In this document: positions 17,352-27,418 of the stretch, piece by piece
How positions within the stretch are numbered: position 1 is the stretch's first letter
How the letters are laid out: each line of letters begins with the position of its first letter
DNA from: an uncultured bacterium
Lineage (GTDB): Bacteria > UBP4 > UBA4092
NCBI GenBank assembly: GCA_964644695.1
Contig: CAZXWN010000020.1
Span: forward strand, 1-34,086
Reading direction: 5' to 3'
Length of the DNA stretch: 34,086 nt
The notes under the pieces: model-generated
Told to the model about the DNA's origin: nothing
The model's input: the letters and a program-made list of their open reading frames with translations, nothing else
Databases searched by the model: none
Made by a program: the position numbers and the translations under genes

Positions 17352-18221
17352 TTAAATCTCAAGGTTTGCAACAACGGGTCTGTGATCAGAGCACATCCAG
17401 GGATGAACCTCAACGGATTTAACTTTAAATGCTGGGGGTACAAAGATGTAATCAATTCTTTGGTCCGGTTTGGTGGAGGGATATGTTTTAACCCTGTCCA
17501 TTCCCACCATACTGCCAGAATCGATTAATCCACTTGTTTCAAGAATCTTAGACAGGTGGAATATTTCCTTATCCTGATAGGCTTCTTCGTTCTCCCAAGA
17601 GAGGTCCCAGTTAAAATCACCCATGAGGATTTTATTCGGACAATCATCTTTTTCAATGATGCGGGCAACAACTTGTGCCTGAGCCCAACGGTCTCTCTCA
17701 TTATGTGGGGCAGATGCATCTTGAAAATGAGCATTATAAACATGAAAAGTTAAATCACCTATTTGTTGAACGGTTAATAATAAGCACCGTTGTTCATTGC
17801 CCGGTGTCATGGGGAGTTTGAAGTTATGTACATAAAGAATGGGATTTTGACTCAGCTGTGCATTACCATAGGCTCCAACGGGTTCCCTGTTGGACTCATG
17901 CATGGAGGCATTTCCCCACTCCATATAATCCGTCATACCTGGCCCCGGCCATTCTCCGTCATCACGGGTAGAACCGTAAGCATAGTTTATATTCAGCATC
18001 TGAGCTAATTCGAGTGACTGGTGAAGATATCCAGAACGAGATTTGCCTGGCTGTCCGTAAAATTGGTCCACTTCATTGAGTCCAATGATATGTGCACCGG
18101 ATTCCCGGATAGCTTTGGCCAGGTTGCTCATATCTTTTACGGTGGGTACATACTGTCCAATATTATGGCCTTCCGGGATCCCGATGTGGATGTTGTAAGT
18201 CATAACGGTTAATTCCATCAT
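17352..18221 (-). CDS. Endonuclease/exonuclease/phosphatase (EEP) family protein
   Basis: VMTYNI, GLNEVD, YGNA, NAHF, LMGDFN, TYPS..RIDYIF, SDHRPV. Confidence 0.92.
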   Translation of the reverse strand: MMELTVMTYNIHIGIPEGHNIGQYVPTVKDMSNLAKAIRESGAHIIGLNEVDQFYGQPGKSRSGYLHQSLELAQMLNINYAYGSTRDDGEWPGPGMTDYMEWGNASMHESNREPVGAYGNAQLSQNPILYVHNFKLPMTPGNEQRCLLLTVQQIGDLTFHVYNAHFQDASAPHNERDRWAQAQVVARIIEKDDCPNKILMGDFNWDLSWENEEAYQDKEIFHLSKILETSGLIDSGSMVGMDRVKTYPSTKPDQRIDYIFVPPAFKVKSVEVHPWMCSDHRPVVANLEI

Positions 18222-19189
18222 TCACTCCTTTGTAACGATGCTTGAATAAATTCCCATTGTCCCCATAACCAGAGCGCGGACTCTTTGTATGCTTGTGGAG
18301 GCAACATATGTCCTGATTCATACCAAATTTGTTGTTTAGGTTCTCTGGCGGATTGATAAGTACGCTCAGCAATATTTTGGGGTATCAATCGGTCCCATGT
18401 TCCATTCAACATGAGGATAGGACGGGGGCTGAAATATGGGAGAACTACCTCAGGGTCCATCTCTGGGTAAGTTTGCCATAATCGGATACGGTCTGCAAGT
18501 ATTTCCTGAAATTCGGTGTCCCCATCATAATCTACTGCCTTGTGGGGCATTCCTCCATGGACCATCAGGCTGAGCGCTTTTACCCTGGAGTCAGAGGCTC
18601 CCGCCATTGAAGCAATCCACGCACCCAGAGAGTAGCCACCCATAAGGATGCCGTTGGAGGTGTTAAATTCGGTTCGTTGGCAAGCCACATCCATTAACTC
18701 CCGGACTTCTATAACACATCGGCAAATATTCCGATAAAACTGGTGAACATCTCCCAATCCTGTGATCATGGGTGGATAACCGGTTCTTTCACCGTGAAAC
18801 GGGAGGTCTGGTATCATGACGGCAAATCCCATTCGGGTTAATCGAGGTGCCTGCCAGTAAAGGTATTCGGCCTTATTATTAAAAAAGCCATGAACAAGGA
18901 TTACTAGAGGATAGGGAGAGGGTGCCCAGCTCGGAATAGCCAGTAGAAACGGTACCGATTCACCCTGACTGCTTTGAAAGGTCATTCGGAAAAGTCGGCA
19001 CTGTTCACGGCAATCGGAAGTCGGGTCGGGCAATCTCAGTTGATAAGCTGCCGCCATCGGGTGATGTCCGGTACGGAGGACTTCTTCCATAGAGACTTCC
19101 TGCTCATCTGAAACCTCAATGTTCCTGATTGGGTAATTGAATGGGGCTGAGTTCCATCCTGCCGGATATCTATTTGTTTCAATCGTCAT
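18218..19189 (-). CDS. Alpha/beta-fold serine hydrolase
   Basis: ILVHG oxyanion motif, DLPFHGER, GYSLG nucleophile elbow, NGTWD, SGH. ATGA overlap with the EEP gene. Confidence 0.9.
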   Translation of the reverse strand: MTIETNRYPAGWNSAPFNYPIRNIEVSDEQEVSMEEVLRTGHHPMAAAYQLRLPDPTSDCREQCRLFRMTFQSSQGESVPFLLAIPSWAPSPYPLVILVHGFFNNKAEYLYWQAPRLTRMGFAVMIPDLPFHGERTGYPPMITGLGDVHQFYRNICRCVIEVRELMDVACQRTEFNTSNGILMGGYSLGAWIASMAGASDSRVKALSLMVHGGMPHKAVDYDGDTEFQEILADRIRLWQTYPEMDPEVVLPYFSPRPILMLNGTWDRLIPQNIAERTYQSAREPKQQIWYESGHMLPPQAYKESALWLWGQWEFIQASLQRSE

Positions 19190-19271
19190 GTTAACTCGTG
19201 GTTGTGTAATCTTTTAATATCATTATAGACAATCTGGCTTGTAAAAATTATTTTAACTATTGGGAAATGTG

Positions 19272-19301
19272 TTGCCAAAACCAATAAATCGTGTTTATAA
19301 T
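19272..19301 (+). promoter_or_regulatory. Putative sigma70-type promoter of the pilin gene
   Basis: TTGCCA-18 bp-TATAAT, with a GGAGGTGA Shine-Dalgarno before ATG 19333. Confidence 0.55.
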
Positions 19302-19332
19302 TGGGGCAAATAGAAGAAGGGAGGTGATTTGA

Positions 19333-19998
19333 ATGATGAAACGAAAAGGGTTTACTTTAATTGAATTATTGATAGTCGTCGCTATTATTGCAATTCTCGC
19401 GGCCATTGCTATTCCTAATTTTCTGGCAGCACAGGTGAGGGCAAAGGTAGCCCGGGCAAAGGGTGAAATGAGAAGTATCGCAACGGGTTTAGAGTCCTAT
19501 TATGTAGATTATAATGCTTACCCCCGAGCTTGGGTGCCCACGGGATTTATTAGTAAATGCAGTATTCGCATGATCCCATTGACTACTCCGGTTGCTTTTT
19601 TAACAAACATTCCCAAACCGGATCCCTTTGGATTACCTCAGATTCAATCGGATGAGTATGACACTTACGATTATTTGGATGAACAATCCTTTATTGAATT
19701 GAGAAATTCACAAGGTGCTAATCCAAAAGCTCAATGGGGTGGACATACTTGGGGCCGTGCATGGCGTCTTTGTTCTCCAGGCCCGGATCGCGTTCAGACC
19801 TATGCTATGGCTATGCCAATAGCGGGTGGAGGAACCCCCTGGTCTTTTGTAGAATGGACCAATGACAATACGCCTACTGCCTATCCAAACATTTATGATC
19901 CTACTAACGGTACGGTATCCAATGGTGATATTTTACGGTTAGGTAGTGAAGGTAAGTTGGGATATGGAAGTGCGATTGTTTGGTTGCCCAATGACTAA
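19333..19998 (+). CDS. Type IV prepilin / GspG-like pseudopilin with N-terminal cleavage/methylation motif
   Basis: KRKG|FTLIELLIVVAIIAILAAIAIPNF, followed by LTTP, SPGPD and YDPTNGTVSNGDI motifs. Confidence 0.93.
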   Translation: MMKRKGFTLIELLIVVAIIAILAAIAIPNFLAAQVRAKVARAKGEMRSIATGLESYYVDYNAYPRAWVPTGFISKCSIRMIPLTTPVAFLTNIPKPDPFGLPQIQSDEYDTYDYLDEQSFIELRNSQGANPKAQWGGHTWGRAWRLCSPGPDRVQTYAMAMPIAGGGTPWSFVEWTNDNTPTAYPNIYDPTNGTVSNGDILRLGSEGKLGYGSAIVWLPND

Positions 19999-20015
19999 AA
20001 ATTTTTGATGTTAAA

Positions 20016-20051
20016 GAAAAAGGCTGTCCTGAACAGGGACAGTCTTTTTTT
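20016..20051 (+). terminator. Rho-independent terminator, possibly bidirectional
   Basis: AAAAAGGCTGTCC-tgaacag-GGACAGTCTTTTTTT. Confidence 0.85.
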
Positions 20052-20053
20052 AT

Positions 20054-20104
20054 AAACGAATTACCCACGGAGCTGCTCGGAGCTGGTCCGTGGATGACCC
20101 GTTT
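20054..20104. repeat. Palindromic intergenic repeat, copy B
   Basis: AAACGAATTACCCACGGAGCTGCTCGGAGCTGGTCCGTGGATGACCCGTTT, with AAACG/CGTTT ends and CCACGGA/TCCGTGG inner stem. Confidence 0.8.
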
Positions 20105-20141
20105 AAGGATTATTATTACAAGGGGTAAACGGAAGTATTCA

Positions 20142-21554
20142 TTAGATGTCGGAAAGGACTTTCAGGGCTGCCTTGACCTTGGATTTCAACATCTGGGGCG
20201 TTTTAATGGTTAAGACCAATTCTCTTAATATCTTAGAGGGTCTTAGATAGAATCGCCGCATGGCCATTTTTTGAGCTTTGACTAAATCTTCCGGGGTCAG
20301 ATGTTCGGTTCTCATGACGGCCGAACCCTCTTCTTCATACTGGGTCCAGTCATCGGTAATCAGCCAACCCTTACTTTTTGCAATAGAGTATAGTTCTGTC
20401 CCTGGGAATGGGGTGGCTACATGGAAATTCACATAATCCGGGTTTGCCTTAATGGCGAAATTAATGGAATCATGGATAGTGTCCCATGTTTCTCCGGGTA
20501 AACCCACGATAAAGTATCCAAAGGTCATGATACCGGCTTCCCTGGTCCATTTAATAGCCTGTATCGTTTGGTCCAGGTTAATATTCTTCTTTGAGGAGTC
20601 CAGTATTTCCTGGTTTCCGGATTCCAATCCATACGACAGGATCTCACACCCGCTTTGCTTCATTAATTTGAGCAATTTGGGAGATACCGTATCCACCCGG
20701 GAATTTCCTATCCATCGAATCTTAATCCCTCGGTCGATGATTGTTTGACAGAGTGCCTCAGTCCATGAAACCTTTAAAGTCAGGGTATCCGTCATCATAA
20801 CAATATTTCGGATTCCAAATTTATTTATGATTTCTTCCAATTCATCACAAACATTATCTGGAGACCGATGCCGGGTGGTTTCTCCCCACACCTGACCTGC
20901 ACGACAGAATACACACTGGAAGGGACATCCTCGTGAAGGAATGACTGTTACAAAGGGCTCAGATCCGAAAAATGGCATAGTATAACTTTTCACAGGCATT
21001 AAGTCCCGAGCTGGGAAAGGGAATGAATCAATATCGGGATAGAGAGGTCGGGCAGGGTTTAATTGAACCATTCCATTTTTCTTATATGCCAGACCGAGAA
21101 CCTCAGACCAATCCTGGTCTATCTTTTCCACTAAATCACGAATCGTCATTTCAGCTTCGCTGATAATGACAAAATCAGATTCCGTTTGTAGCAGTGTTTC
21201 TTCAGGGAGAGCGGTGGGATGGGTTCCTACCAAGCCACAGATGGCGCCGGTTTGAGTCTTGATTTCCTTCAATAGAGCTACATCGTTTTTGAAGGTTGGT
21301 GTTGTGGTGTGTATGATGGCTAATCGGGGCTGGAAGGTTTTGATTCGGGATAAGGTTTCACTCGTAGATAGTCTGGAAGCCATGGCATCCATGAAAAGAA
21401 TCTCATGTCCGGCTTCCCGTAATACGGCAGCAATATATGCCAATCCAGTCTGGGGCCACACTTCACCGGCTACGGACTTTCGACCGCAACGCCCCAGTTC
21501 CTTCATATAGATAACCCCGTTGTCCATCGGGGGATTTAAGACGACTATTTTCAT
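20142..21554 (-). CDS. Cobalamin-binding radical SAM protein (class B / HpnJ-like)
   Basis: N-terminal B12-binding domain (GLAYIAAVL, VGTHPTALPE), SRGCPFQCVFC, GLESGNQEIL, FIVGLPGET, TPFPGT. Confidence 0.92.
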   Translation of the reverse strand: MKIVVLNPPMDNGVIYMKELGRCGRKSVAGEVWPQTGLAYIAAVLREAGHEILFMDAMASRLSTSETLSRIKTFQPRLAIIHTTTPTFKNDVALLKEIKTQTGAICGLVGTHPTALPEETLLQTESDFVIISEAEMTIRDLVEKIDQDWSEVLGLAYKKNGMVQLNPARPLYPDIDSFPFPARDLMPVKSYTMPFFGSEPFVTVIPSRGCPFQCVFCRAGQVWGETTRHRSPDNVCDELEEIINKFGIRNIVMMTDTLTLKVSWTEALCQTIIDRGIKIRWIGNSRVDTVSPKLLKLMKQSGCEILSYGLESGNQEILDSSKKNINLDQTIQAIKWTREAGIMTFGYFIVGLPGETWDTIHDSINFAIKANPDYVNFHVATPFPGTELYSIAKSKGWLITDDWTQYEEEGSAVMRTEHLTPEDLVKAQKMAMRRFYLRPSKILRELVLTIKTPQMLKSKVKAALKVLSDI

Positions 21555-21633
21555 GGTTATTCTATCTGTTATTCTAGCAACAGGATATAAAGATGACTCT
21601 TCAAGTAATACTGGTTAAGAAATGAAAGTTTGA

Positions 21634-22491
21634 TTATCTGGAGCGTTTGGAAATCAAATCAGCCAGAAATCCTATCATCAGAATCTCGACACCGGCAGTG
21701 ATGGCGGTAATCGTGGAGACATCCATCAATTTGCCCAAAAAGAATTTACTGTAAATTCCGACTATGATACCCAGAACAATCATTCCCATTCCCACAGGCA
21801 TAAATACTCTCAGGGGGTTAAAGTAAATAATGGTTCGGATAATCAACATCAGGAATTGCCATGTATTACGAACAGGCATGATTTTCGATTTACCTTCCCG
21901 TTTCAAATATCTGACGGGTACATATTTCACACTGTAACCATTGCAAAGGGCTGACAGGGTAATGGTAGTAGTAAAGGAAAAACCATTCGGAAGGATGTGC
22001 CAGAAAGATTCCACCAGGGATTTTCGAATCAACCGAAGGCCTGAATTTAAGTCGGGTATTTTGGTTTCAGCCAGGAAGTTTGCCAGTTGTCGGAGGACCC
22101 ATTTGGCAAAGGCTCTTGATGGCTGGACCCAGTCACGGGCTCCTACCACCATATCGTACATATCCAAATGTTCCAAAATTCGGGGTAATTCATCCGGAGG
22201 ATAGGTTCCATCTGCATCAATAATCAGAATGTACTCGCTTTGGGTGTGACGGATTCCTGTTTTTAATGCGGCACCATACCCACGATTTTCTTCATGATGA
22301 TAGACTTCAACACCGAATGATTTGGCAATTTCAGCGGTCCGGTCTGTAGACCCATCATCAACAACAATAATGGGGTAGGATTTCTCCATTTTTGCAAGAA
22401 CGGTCTGGAGTTGTTCCAAGACGGGGCCGATACCTTTTTCTTCCTGATAGGCTGGAATAATGATTGTTACTGAGTTATTCATGTCCTGCAT
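21634..22491 (-). CDS. GT2 glycosyltransferase with two C-terminal TM helices (polyprenol-phosphate sugar synthase-like)
   Basis: IIIPAYQE, VDDGSTD, NRGYGAALKTG, IIDADGTY, DLNSGLR, hydrophobic C-terminus. Confidence 0.92.
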   Translation of the reverse strand: MQDMNNSVTIIIPAYQEEKGIGPVLEQLQTVLAKMEKSYPIIVVDDGSTDRTAEIAKSFGVEVYHHEENRGYGAALKTGIRHTQSEYILIIDADGTYPPDELPRILEHLDMYDMVVGARDWVQPSRAFAKWVLRQLANFLAETKIPDLNSGLRLIRKSLVESFWHILPNGFSFTTTITLSALCNGYSVKYVPVRYLKREGKSKIMPVRNTWQFLMLIIRTIIYFNPLRVFMPVGMGMIVLGIIVGIYSKFFLGKLMDVSTITAITAGVEILMIGFLADLISKRSR

Positions 22492-22494
22492 ATC

Positions 22495-24003
22495 CTAACG
22501 CATCCCCTCATCTCCGGCAACCGGTGCTTTTTTAGAAAAAATTCTTGAGTATAAGTATCCGGAAGAGACGGCTAAACCCATCAGATAAATCAAAAATCCC
22601 AATTTTAGTCCGATAGAGACAGGCGTTTTCCATAGTTGATAGTAAAATAAGTCCGCTGTTTTGTCTGTTAAGATTGCCCAGTGTCCGGCTAATGGTGACC
22701 GAACAGGAATATACAGTATTTCATGTAAGGGGCCAACAGACTGATAGTAGAAATGGTAATCCATAAAACTGACCAGAAGTGCTGGTATCTGGATATAGAG
22801 ACTGCCCAAGGCCAATAGCCCTACGGGAATCCAGAAAAACATATTAAACCGTTTATCCTGTTGTTTGAGGAGAGCCAGCACCGGAATAATCAAGAAGGCA
22901 TGAATTTGATAAATATGCCGAGGACCCCAGGTCCAACCACCCGCCCATGATTCCCATTTGGAGTAAAACAAGACATAGGAAAGAATAATGAGTATACATA
23001 AGAGGGCCTGTTGTTTATGCTCCTGCCAGAAATGTTTAATAGCCGGGAAAAATAGAAGCACGAGAGGAGAGTAAATCACTACTCCTCGACCAGAACTAAG
23101 AAGTAAACCGTAAAGTCCGTCCCACATGGAAAAGCTGAAAGTCAATCCTTCTGACTCATAACCAGTATAGGTCGGCGATCCAAACCTGATAAAGTTATAC
23201 AGGGCAACCAGAAGACCGGCAATAATCAGGGGTATCCCAGAAGCCAACGCATTACTCCAGAAATTTTTCCATTTTGATTTATCTGATGGAGCTGTCAAAA
23301 CGGGATACAAAAGGTAAAGGATGAAAGATGGAATCAGGATGATGGTATCCACCCGGGTGAGTAATGCGGCACCCACCCAACATCCTGCAATCATAAGATG
23401 TTTGCGAAGATTTGAATTTTGGAATCGACAGAGGTGATAAAACGCCAGAAGAAGAAATAGTGTGACTGTCGGCTCAGAATAAAAGGTTTTGGAAAAGGGG
23501 AAAGCCATCGTCCCCAGACCATAGAATAGACTGATGAGAAATCCATTTTTGGAAGAGTAACCTAATTGCAGGGCAATCAAGAAAACCATCACACAGGCCA
23601 GCGCCGTTGTAACTTGTCCCATGCGTGAGACAAAATACCGATTCCAGTATTCCTGTGGAGTGTGCCCGTGGTAAGCAATGGCGGTGGAGGGACGGAAGGC
23701 ATACAGTCCCTGGTCAGGGAAAAAAGGAGATATTATCTGACCTGCACCCCAGAAGGGAAGTGCCCAGAGGGATTGACCGATACCATAATGTCCATAGAAC
23801 CGGCCTTGTGGATCTTTATCAGTAAACCGGTCTCCCTCATCCTCTAAAGGTTGAATAGACAGGGTGTGCGATTTTCCGAGAGATTCTGTCGTGCGATACA
23901 TAATCTCTTCATCAGGTGAATACAGGTGACCGGACATGAATAAGCTGTAGATACTGAAGAAGAAAATAAAAAGGAATAAGGCGGTTTTAAGATTTGACCG
24001 CAT
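22495..24003 (-). CDS. GT-C-fold membrane glycosyltransferase (PMT/ArnT-like)
   Basis: About 11-13 hydrophobic segments, SPDEE acidic motif after TM1, FYSE, YNFIRFG, WAGGWTWGPR. Flanked by GT2 genes. Confidence 0.75.
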   Translation of the reverse strand: MRSNLKTALFLFIFFFSIYSLFMSGHLYSPDEEIMYRTTESLGKSHTLSIQPLEDEGDRFTDKDPQGRFYGHYGIGQSLWALPFWGAGQIISPFFPDQGLYAFRPSTAIAYHGHTPQEYWNRYFVSRMGQVTTALACVMVFLIALQLGYSSKNGFLISLFYGLGTMAFPFSKTFYSEPTVTLFLLLAFYHLCRFQNSNLRKHLMIAGCWVGAALLTRVDTIILIPSFILYLLYPVLTAPSDKSKWKNFWSNALASGIPLIIAGLLVALYNFIRFGSPTYTGYESEGLTFSFSMWDGLYGLLLSSGRGVVIYSPLVLLFFPAIKHFWQEHKQQALLCILIILSYVLFYSKWESWAGGWTWGPRHIYQIHAFLIIPVLALLKQQDKRFNMFFWIPVGLLALGSLYIQIPALLVSFMDYHFYYQSVGPLHEILYIPVRSPLAGHWAILTDKTADLFYYQLWKTPVSIGLKLGFLIYLMGLAVSSGYLYSRIFSKKAPVAGDEGMR

Positions 24004-24008
24004 GGATT

Positions 24009-24713
24009 CTATTTCCCTCGTTGGAAAGATAATCGAATCAGGGTTTTAATTGCCAGGTAAATTTCACTTTTGGATATTTTGGATGTACCAGCGACTCTAT
24101 TTTCAAAAATAATGGGTACTTCGCCTACACTGAAACCCTGTCGAGTGCAATGAAAGAGCATTTCCACTAAAAAGGAGTATCCACTGGATTTGATTTCATC
24201 AAATGGGATGGTTTCCAGAACTTCGCGCTGATAACATCTGTAACCCGCGGTACAGTCATGGGCTTTTAGTCCCAGGATACTGCGTGCCAGGAAGTTCGCA
24301 GTAAAACTGATAGCTTTTCGATGGGGACCCCAGTTAACAGTTCCTCCGCCGGGGACATACCGAGACCCTATAGTTACCTCAAACATCTGATTTTTGTCGA
24401 TGAGTTGGGGGATATATTTGGGCTGGTGGGAGAAGTCAGCATCCATGGTGATAACCCGGTCGAACTTGTTATCCAGGGCATAATGAAATCCGGCACAATA
24501 TGCAGTGCCCAGACCCATTTTCCCGGCACGATGGATTATATGGAGGCGTTCTTTCTGTTTGCAGGCTTCATCAACAAGATCTCCTGTACCATCGGGAGAA
24601 TTGTCGTCCACAACCAGAACATGGATATCATTTGATAAGCCAAGGACTTCTTCTGAGAGGTCGATTATATTAGGTCGTTCGTTGTATGTAGGTATGATAA
24701 CCAGTGTTGGCAT
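24009..24713 (-). CDS. Polyprenol monophosphomannose synthase-like GT2 (DPM1/Ppm1-like)
   Basis: VIIPTYNE, VVDDNSPDGTG, GLGTAY, MDADFSH.P, GSRYVPGG, DCTAGYRCY, GYSF. Confidence 0.92.
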   Translation of the reverse strand: MPTLVIIPTYNERPNIIDLSEEVLGLSNDIHVLVVDDNSPDGTGDLVDEACKQKERLHIIHRAGKMGLGTAYCAGFHYALDNKFDRVITMDADFSHQPKYIPQLIDKNQMFEVTIGSRYVPGGGTVNWGPHRKAISFTANFLARSILGLKAHDCTAGYRCYQREVLETIPFDEIKSSGYSFLVEMLFHCTRQGFSVGEVPIIFENRVAGTSKISKSEIYLAIKTLIRLSFQRGK

Positions 24714-24787
24714 AAGGGTTCACATAAATTAATTATTCAAAGGATAAATCTTAACTGATTATGAGAAGGTCGTCTATCTGATATCCA

Positions 24788-26395
24788 TCATATCTTTAGC
24801 TTACTTCCTATATTATAGGGCCAGACATAGATAACATAGACCTCAGAATTCAAAGGATTTGCATAGTGATAAGTGGTACAGGGGACTCCGAAACTGGCAG
24901 TAATCGGGGCGTCCTCCAGAAATAGTAATCCATATTCATCTTTTTCAGTGTAAGGACTGATATAAGGAACTATCAGAAAGGTGGAGTCATGGTCGTAGGG
25001 AGCTGAGAACCAATGAGTTTGGGTCTTCTCCCGGAAGGGTCGGAATAATTGGTATTCCTTGTCATATTGGACAGGTCTTACCTTGACTTGATTATTGGTT
25101 ATCCCCGTAATGACATGCGTATGCCAATAACTGGAATAACCCTTTTGTAAGTTTTTTGATTGCAGTAAATTACTGATTCCGGGGTGATGTTGAACAGGCA
25201 AGGGTTGGACAAATGTTTGTGATAATCCAAAAATGACCCACATGAATATCCAAATCAACAGGATTGAGTGGCATAACTTGTTTGTAACCGATTCTAATGA
25301 CAAAGAAATCCAGAAGGCATAAACAAATAACAAGGGGATTAAATAATAGCCATTCTCATGACCTTTAATTGAGGAATCTAAAACAAAAGTGATGGATAAA
25401 ATTATTGCCATCACTAATAGATAAGTTTTGATGAGTAAGGGGATAGTCCTTTTTTCAACAAAGATGGATCTGAATCCATGCAGTAGTGCGAATACGCAAA
25501 CCACTAAACTAAAGAATCTGAATAGAACGATACCCATAATTGGAATAGTCCAGAATTTGATCAGGAAAAAATCGTCCAGGACATTGAGCAGGGTCCGGAG
25601 GTTAAATTGTGCTTGACTCAAACTGGACAGAACCAGAGGGTGATAAGCAATGTTAAATCCGAACCAGGGTTTTGAGTAAATAATACATAACCACCCTGAG
25701 ACTGCAGCTCCGAGGATTAAACTCAGTAGCAAGGTTTTTTGACTGGCCCCGATTTTTAACCGGCTAAATACATAAATTAGACTGATTAAGACTGGAATCA
25801 CAAACAGGTAAAAATAGAATAAATTGGACAGCATACTTAAAACAATCAAGAAAAAGAGTCCAATCGACATTAAAACTTTTACCCAGTATTTCTGCATTAA
25901 TGTTGATTGACTGACCAGTCCAATGATGAATAGCAGTGATAAAAGGGTGTTGTTGAAAGTCCCCGTATTTACAGAGGGTTTAACCAACCATTGGATCGCA
26001 GGAACTGTACATCCCAGTGCGACCATTAAAACAATTAATGCAGATTGCCAACGAATTGCCTGCTGCGTGAGTATAAATATATAGAATAATGAAAATAATG
26101 CAATTACAGCACTGATATAACCAATATATGGGAATGTTACCGATGTAAATAAGTCGGTGAAAAGATAATACGGGAAATCCGTGAACAGGAGATTCGGAAC
26201 GGATGTCCACCCGATGAGAAAACTAATACCAGATTCTTTGAAATCGAATAAATTGATATACAAAAGTACATCATTACTGGTCATATCCTGATGAAGTGCC
26301 AGGAAAAACAAGCGAAATACACCGATAAGGACCAAAATAATAATGCTGCAGTTAAGTAGTATTGATGGATTTGAACCTTTTAATCTATTAAACAT
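24788..26395 (-). CDS. Polytopic membrane protein, possible GT-C glycosyltransferase
   Basis: About 12 hydrophobic segments plus a soluble C-terminal domain (GYSSYWH..T..VKVRPV). Asp after TM1 (SND). Co-oriented upstream of the GT cluster. Confidence 0.55.
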   Translation of the reverse strand: MFNRLKGSNPSILLNCSIIILVLIGVFRLFFLALHQDMTSNDVLLYINLFDFKESGISFLIGWTSVPNLLFTDFPYYLFTDLFTSVTFPYIGYISAVIALFSLFYIFILTQQAIRWQSALIVLMVALGCTVPAIQWLVKPSVNTGTFNNTLLSLLFIIGLVSQSTLMQKYWVKVLMSIGLFFLIVLSMLSNLFYFYLFVIPVLISLIYVFSRLKIGASQKTLLLSLILGAAVSGWLCIIYSKPWFGFNIAYHPLVLSSLSQAQFNLRTLLNVLDDFFLIKFWTIPIMGIVLFRFFSLVVCVFALLHGFRSIFVEKRTIPLLIKTYLLVMAIILSITFVLDSSIKGHENGYYLIPLLFVYAFWISLSLESVTNKLCHSILLIWIFMWVIFGLSQTFVQPLPVQHHPGISNLLQSKNLQKGYSSYWHTHVITGITNNQVKVRPVQYDKEYQLFRPFREKTQTHWFSAPYDHDSTFLIVPYISPYTEKDEYGLLFLEDAPITASFGVPCTTYHYANPLNSEVYVIYVWPYNIGSKLKI

Positions 26396-26491
26396 ATCCT
26401 GAAGGGATTATAACTGAACACCTGTCAAATCTCCATTTATTCATATCGATGGACGATTGATGGACAATAAGATAGGATTGTTTTTACCACT

Positions 26492-27418
26492 ATGATGAAG
26501 AAGATTTTGTGCACAGTAACTTTTATTGTCTTGGCGATATATTCAACGCTGGCGATGAGTTCTCAAAACTCTGCCGGGGTGGGGATGGAAATCAGCCAAC
26601 AGGATAATCATTTTGTCGTGACGGGTATGATTGACGATGGTCCAGCTCAAGAAGCTGGAATCCAAACCGGTGATGTAATTTATCAGGTCAATGGCGAACC
26701 TGTAGATAACCTGACTCTGGAGGAAGTTGTATCGAAAATTAAAGGGGAATCGGGTACGAATGTAAGTATAGTTCTTCATCGTGGAAGCGATGAACAATCA
26801 CAACAGGAACTTACTATATCCGTGAATCGTCAGTACGTATTTTCTCCTACGAATACTCCCTTAATCAAGACAAATCCTCCCACGAATAGTATTCAAAAAT
26901 CACAGGCTTTACCCTCTGTGAATAATAGTATAAATTCAATTCTTTATTTTGTTCCCCTCAGTGCCAAGGTTACTGAAGGTATGGACTTCCCCCTGAATAT
27001 TTACCTGAACAATCCCAAAGGTGTCATGTGCGATGAATTGTGTTTGTTTATAAAATATGACCCGAAAGCTCTTCAACTCCAATTATCAGGTCCTGGATTA
27101 TGGATTGAACTTAATCCAAAACTATTTGCACACTGGAAGATTGAAACAATAAGTTATGACTCTACTCTGGGTGAATTATCTCTGAAAGCTCATAATCGAA
27201 AGCCGGATATTCCTCTCTCTGGCGCAATAGGTACAATGTTATTTACAGCAGGTGGGAAAGTTCCTTACTCACAGGTCAGTTTTGAATTCAGAGAGGTGTC
27301 TCAGGGGATATCCACTCGTGTTCAATCAAAAGGTAAGGATATCTTAGGATTGGAATCAGAATCTAAAGATGGAGTTATCAGCGCTTCTGTGCGAATTGTG
27401 AGTCAATCCCAAAAGTAA
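26492..27418 (+). CDS. Secreted PDZ-domain protein with C-terminal cohesin/Ig-like beta domain
   Basis: Signal peptide. CtpA-type PDZ (GVGMEI..GPAQEAGIQTGDVIYQVNG..IKGESGTNVSI). P/T/N/S-rich linker. Beta domain with IKYDPKAL and G.IGTMLF.A. Confidence 0.8.
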   Translation: MMKKILCTVTFIVLAIYSTLAMSSQNSAGVGMEISQQDNHFVVTGMIDDGPAQEAGIQTGDVIYQVNGEPVDNLTLEEVVSKIKGESGTNVSIVLHRGSDEQSQQELTISVNRQYVFSPTNTPLIKTNPPTNSIQKSQALPSVNNSINSILYFVPLSAKVTEGMDFPLNIYLNNPKGVMCDELCLFIKYDPKALQLQLSGPGLWIELNPKLFAHWKIETISYDSTLGELSLKAHNRKPDIPLSGAIGTMLFTAGGKVPYSQVSFEFREVSQGISTRVQSKGKDILGLESESKDGVISASVRIVSQSQK

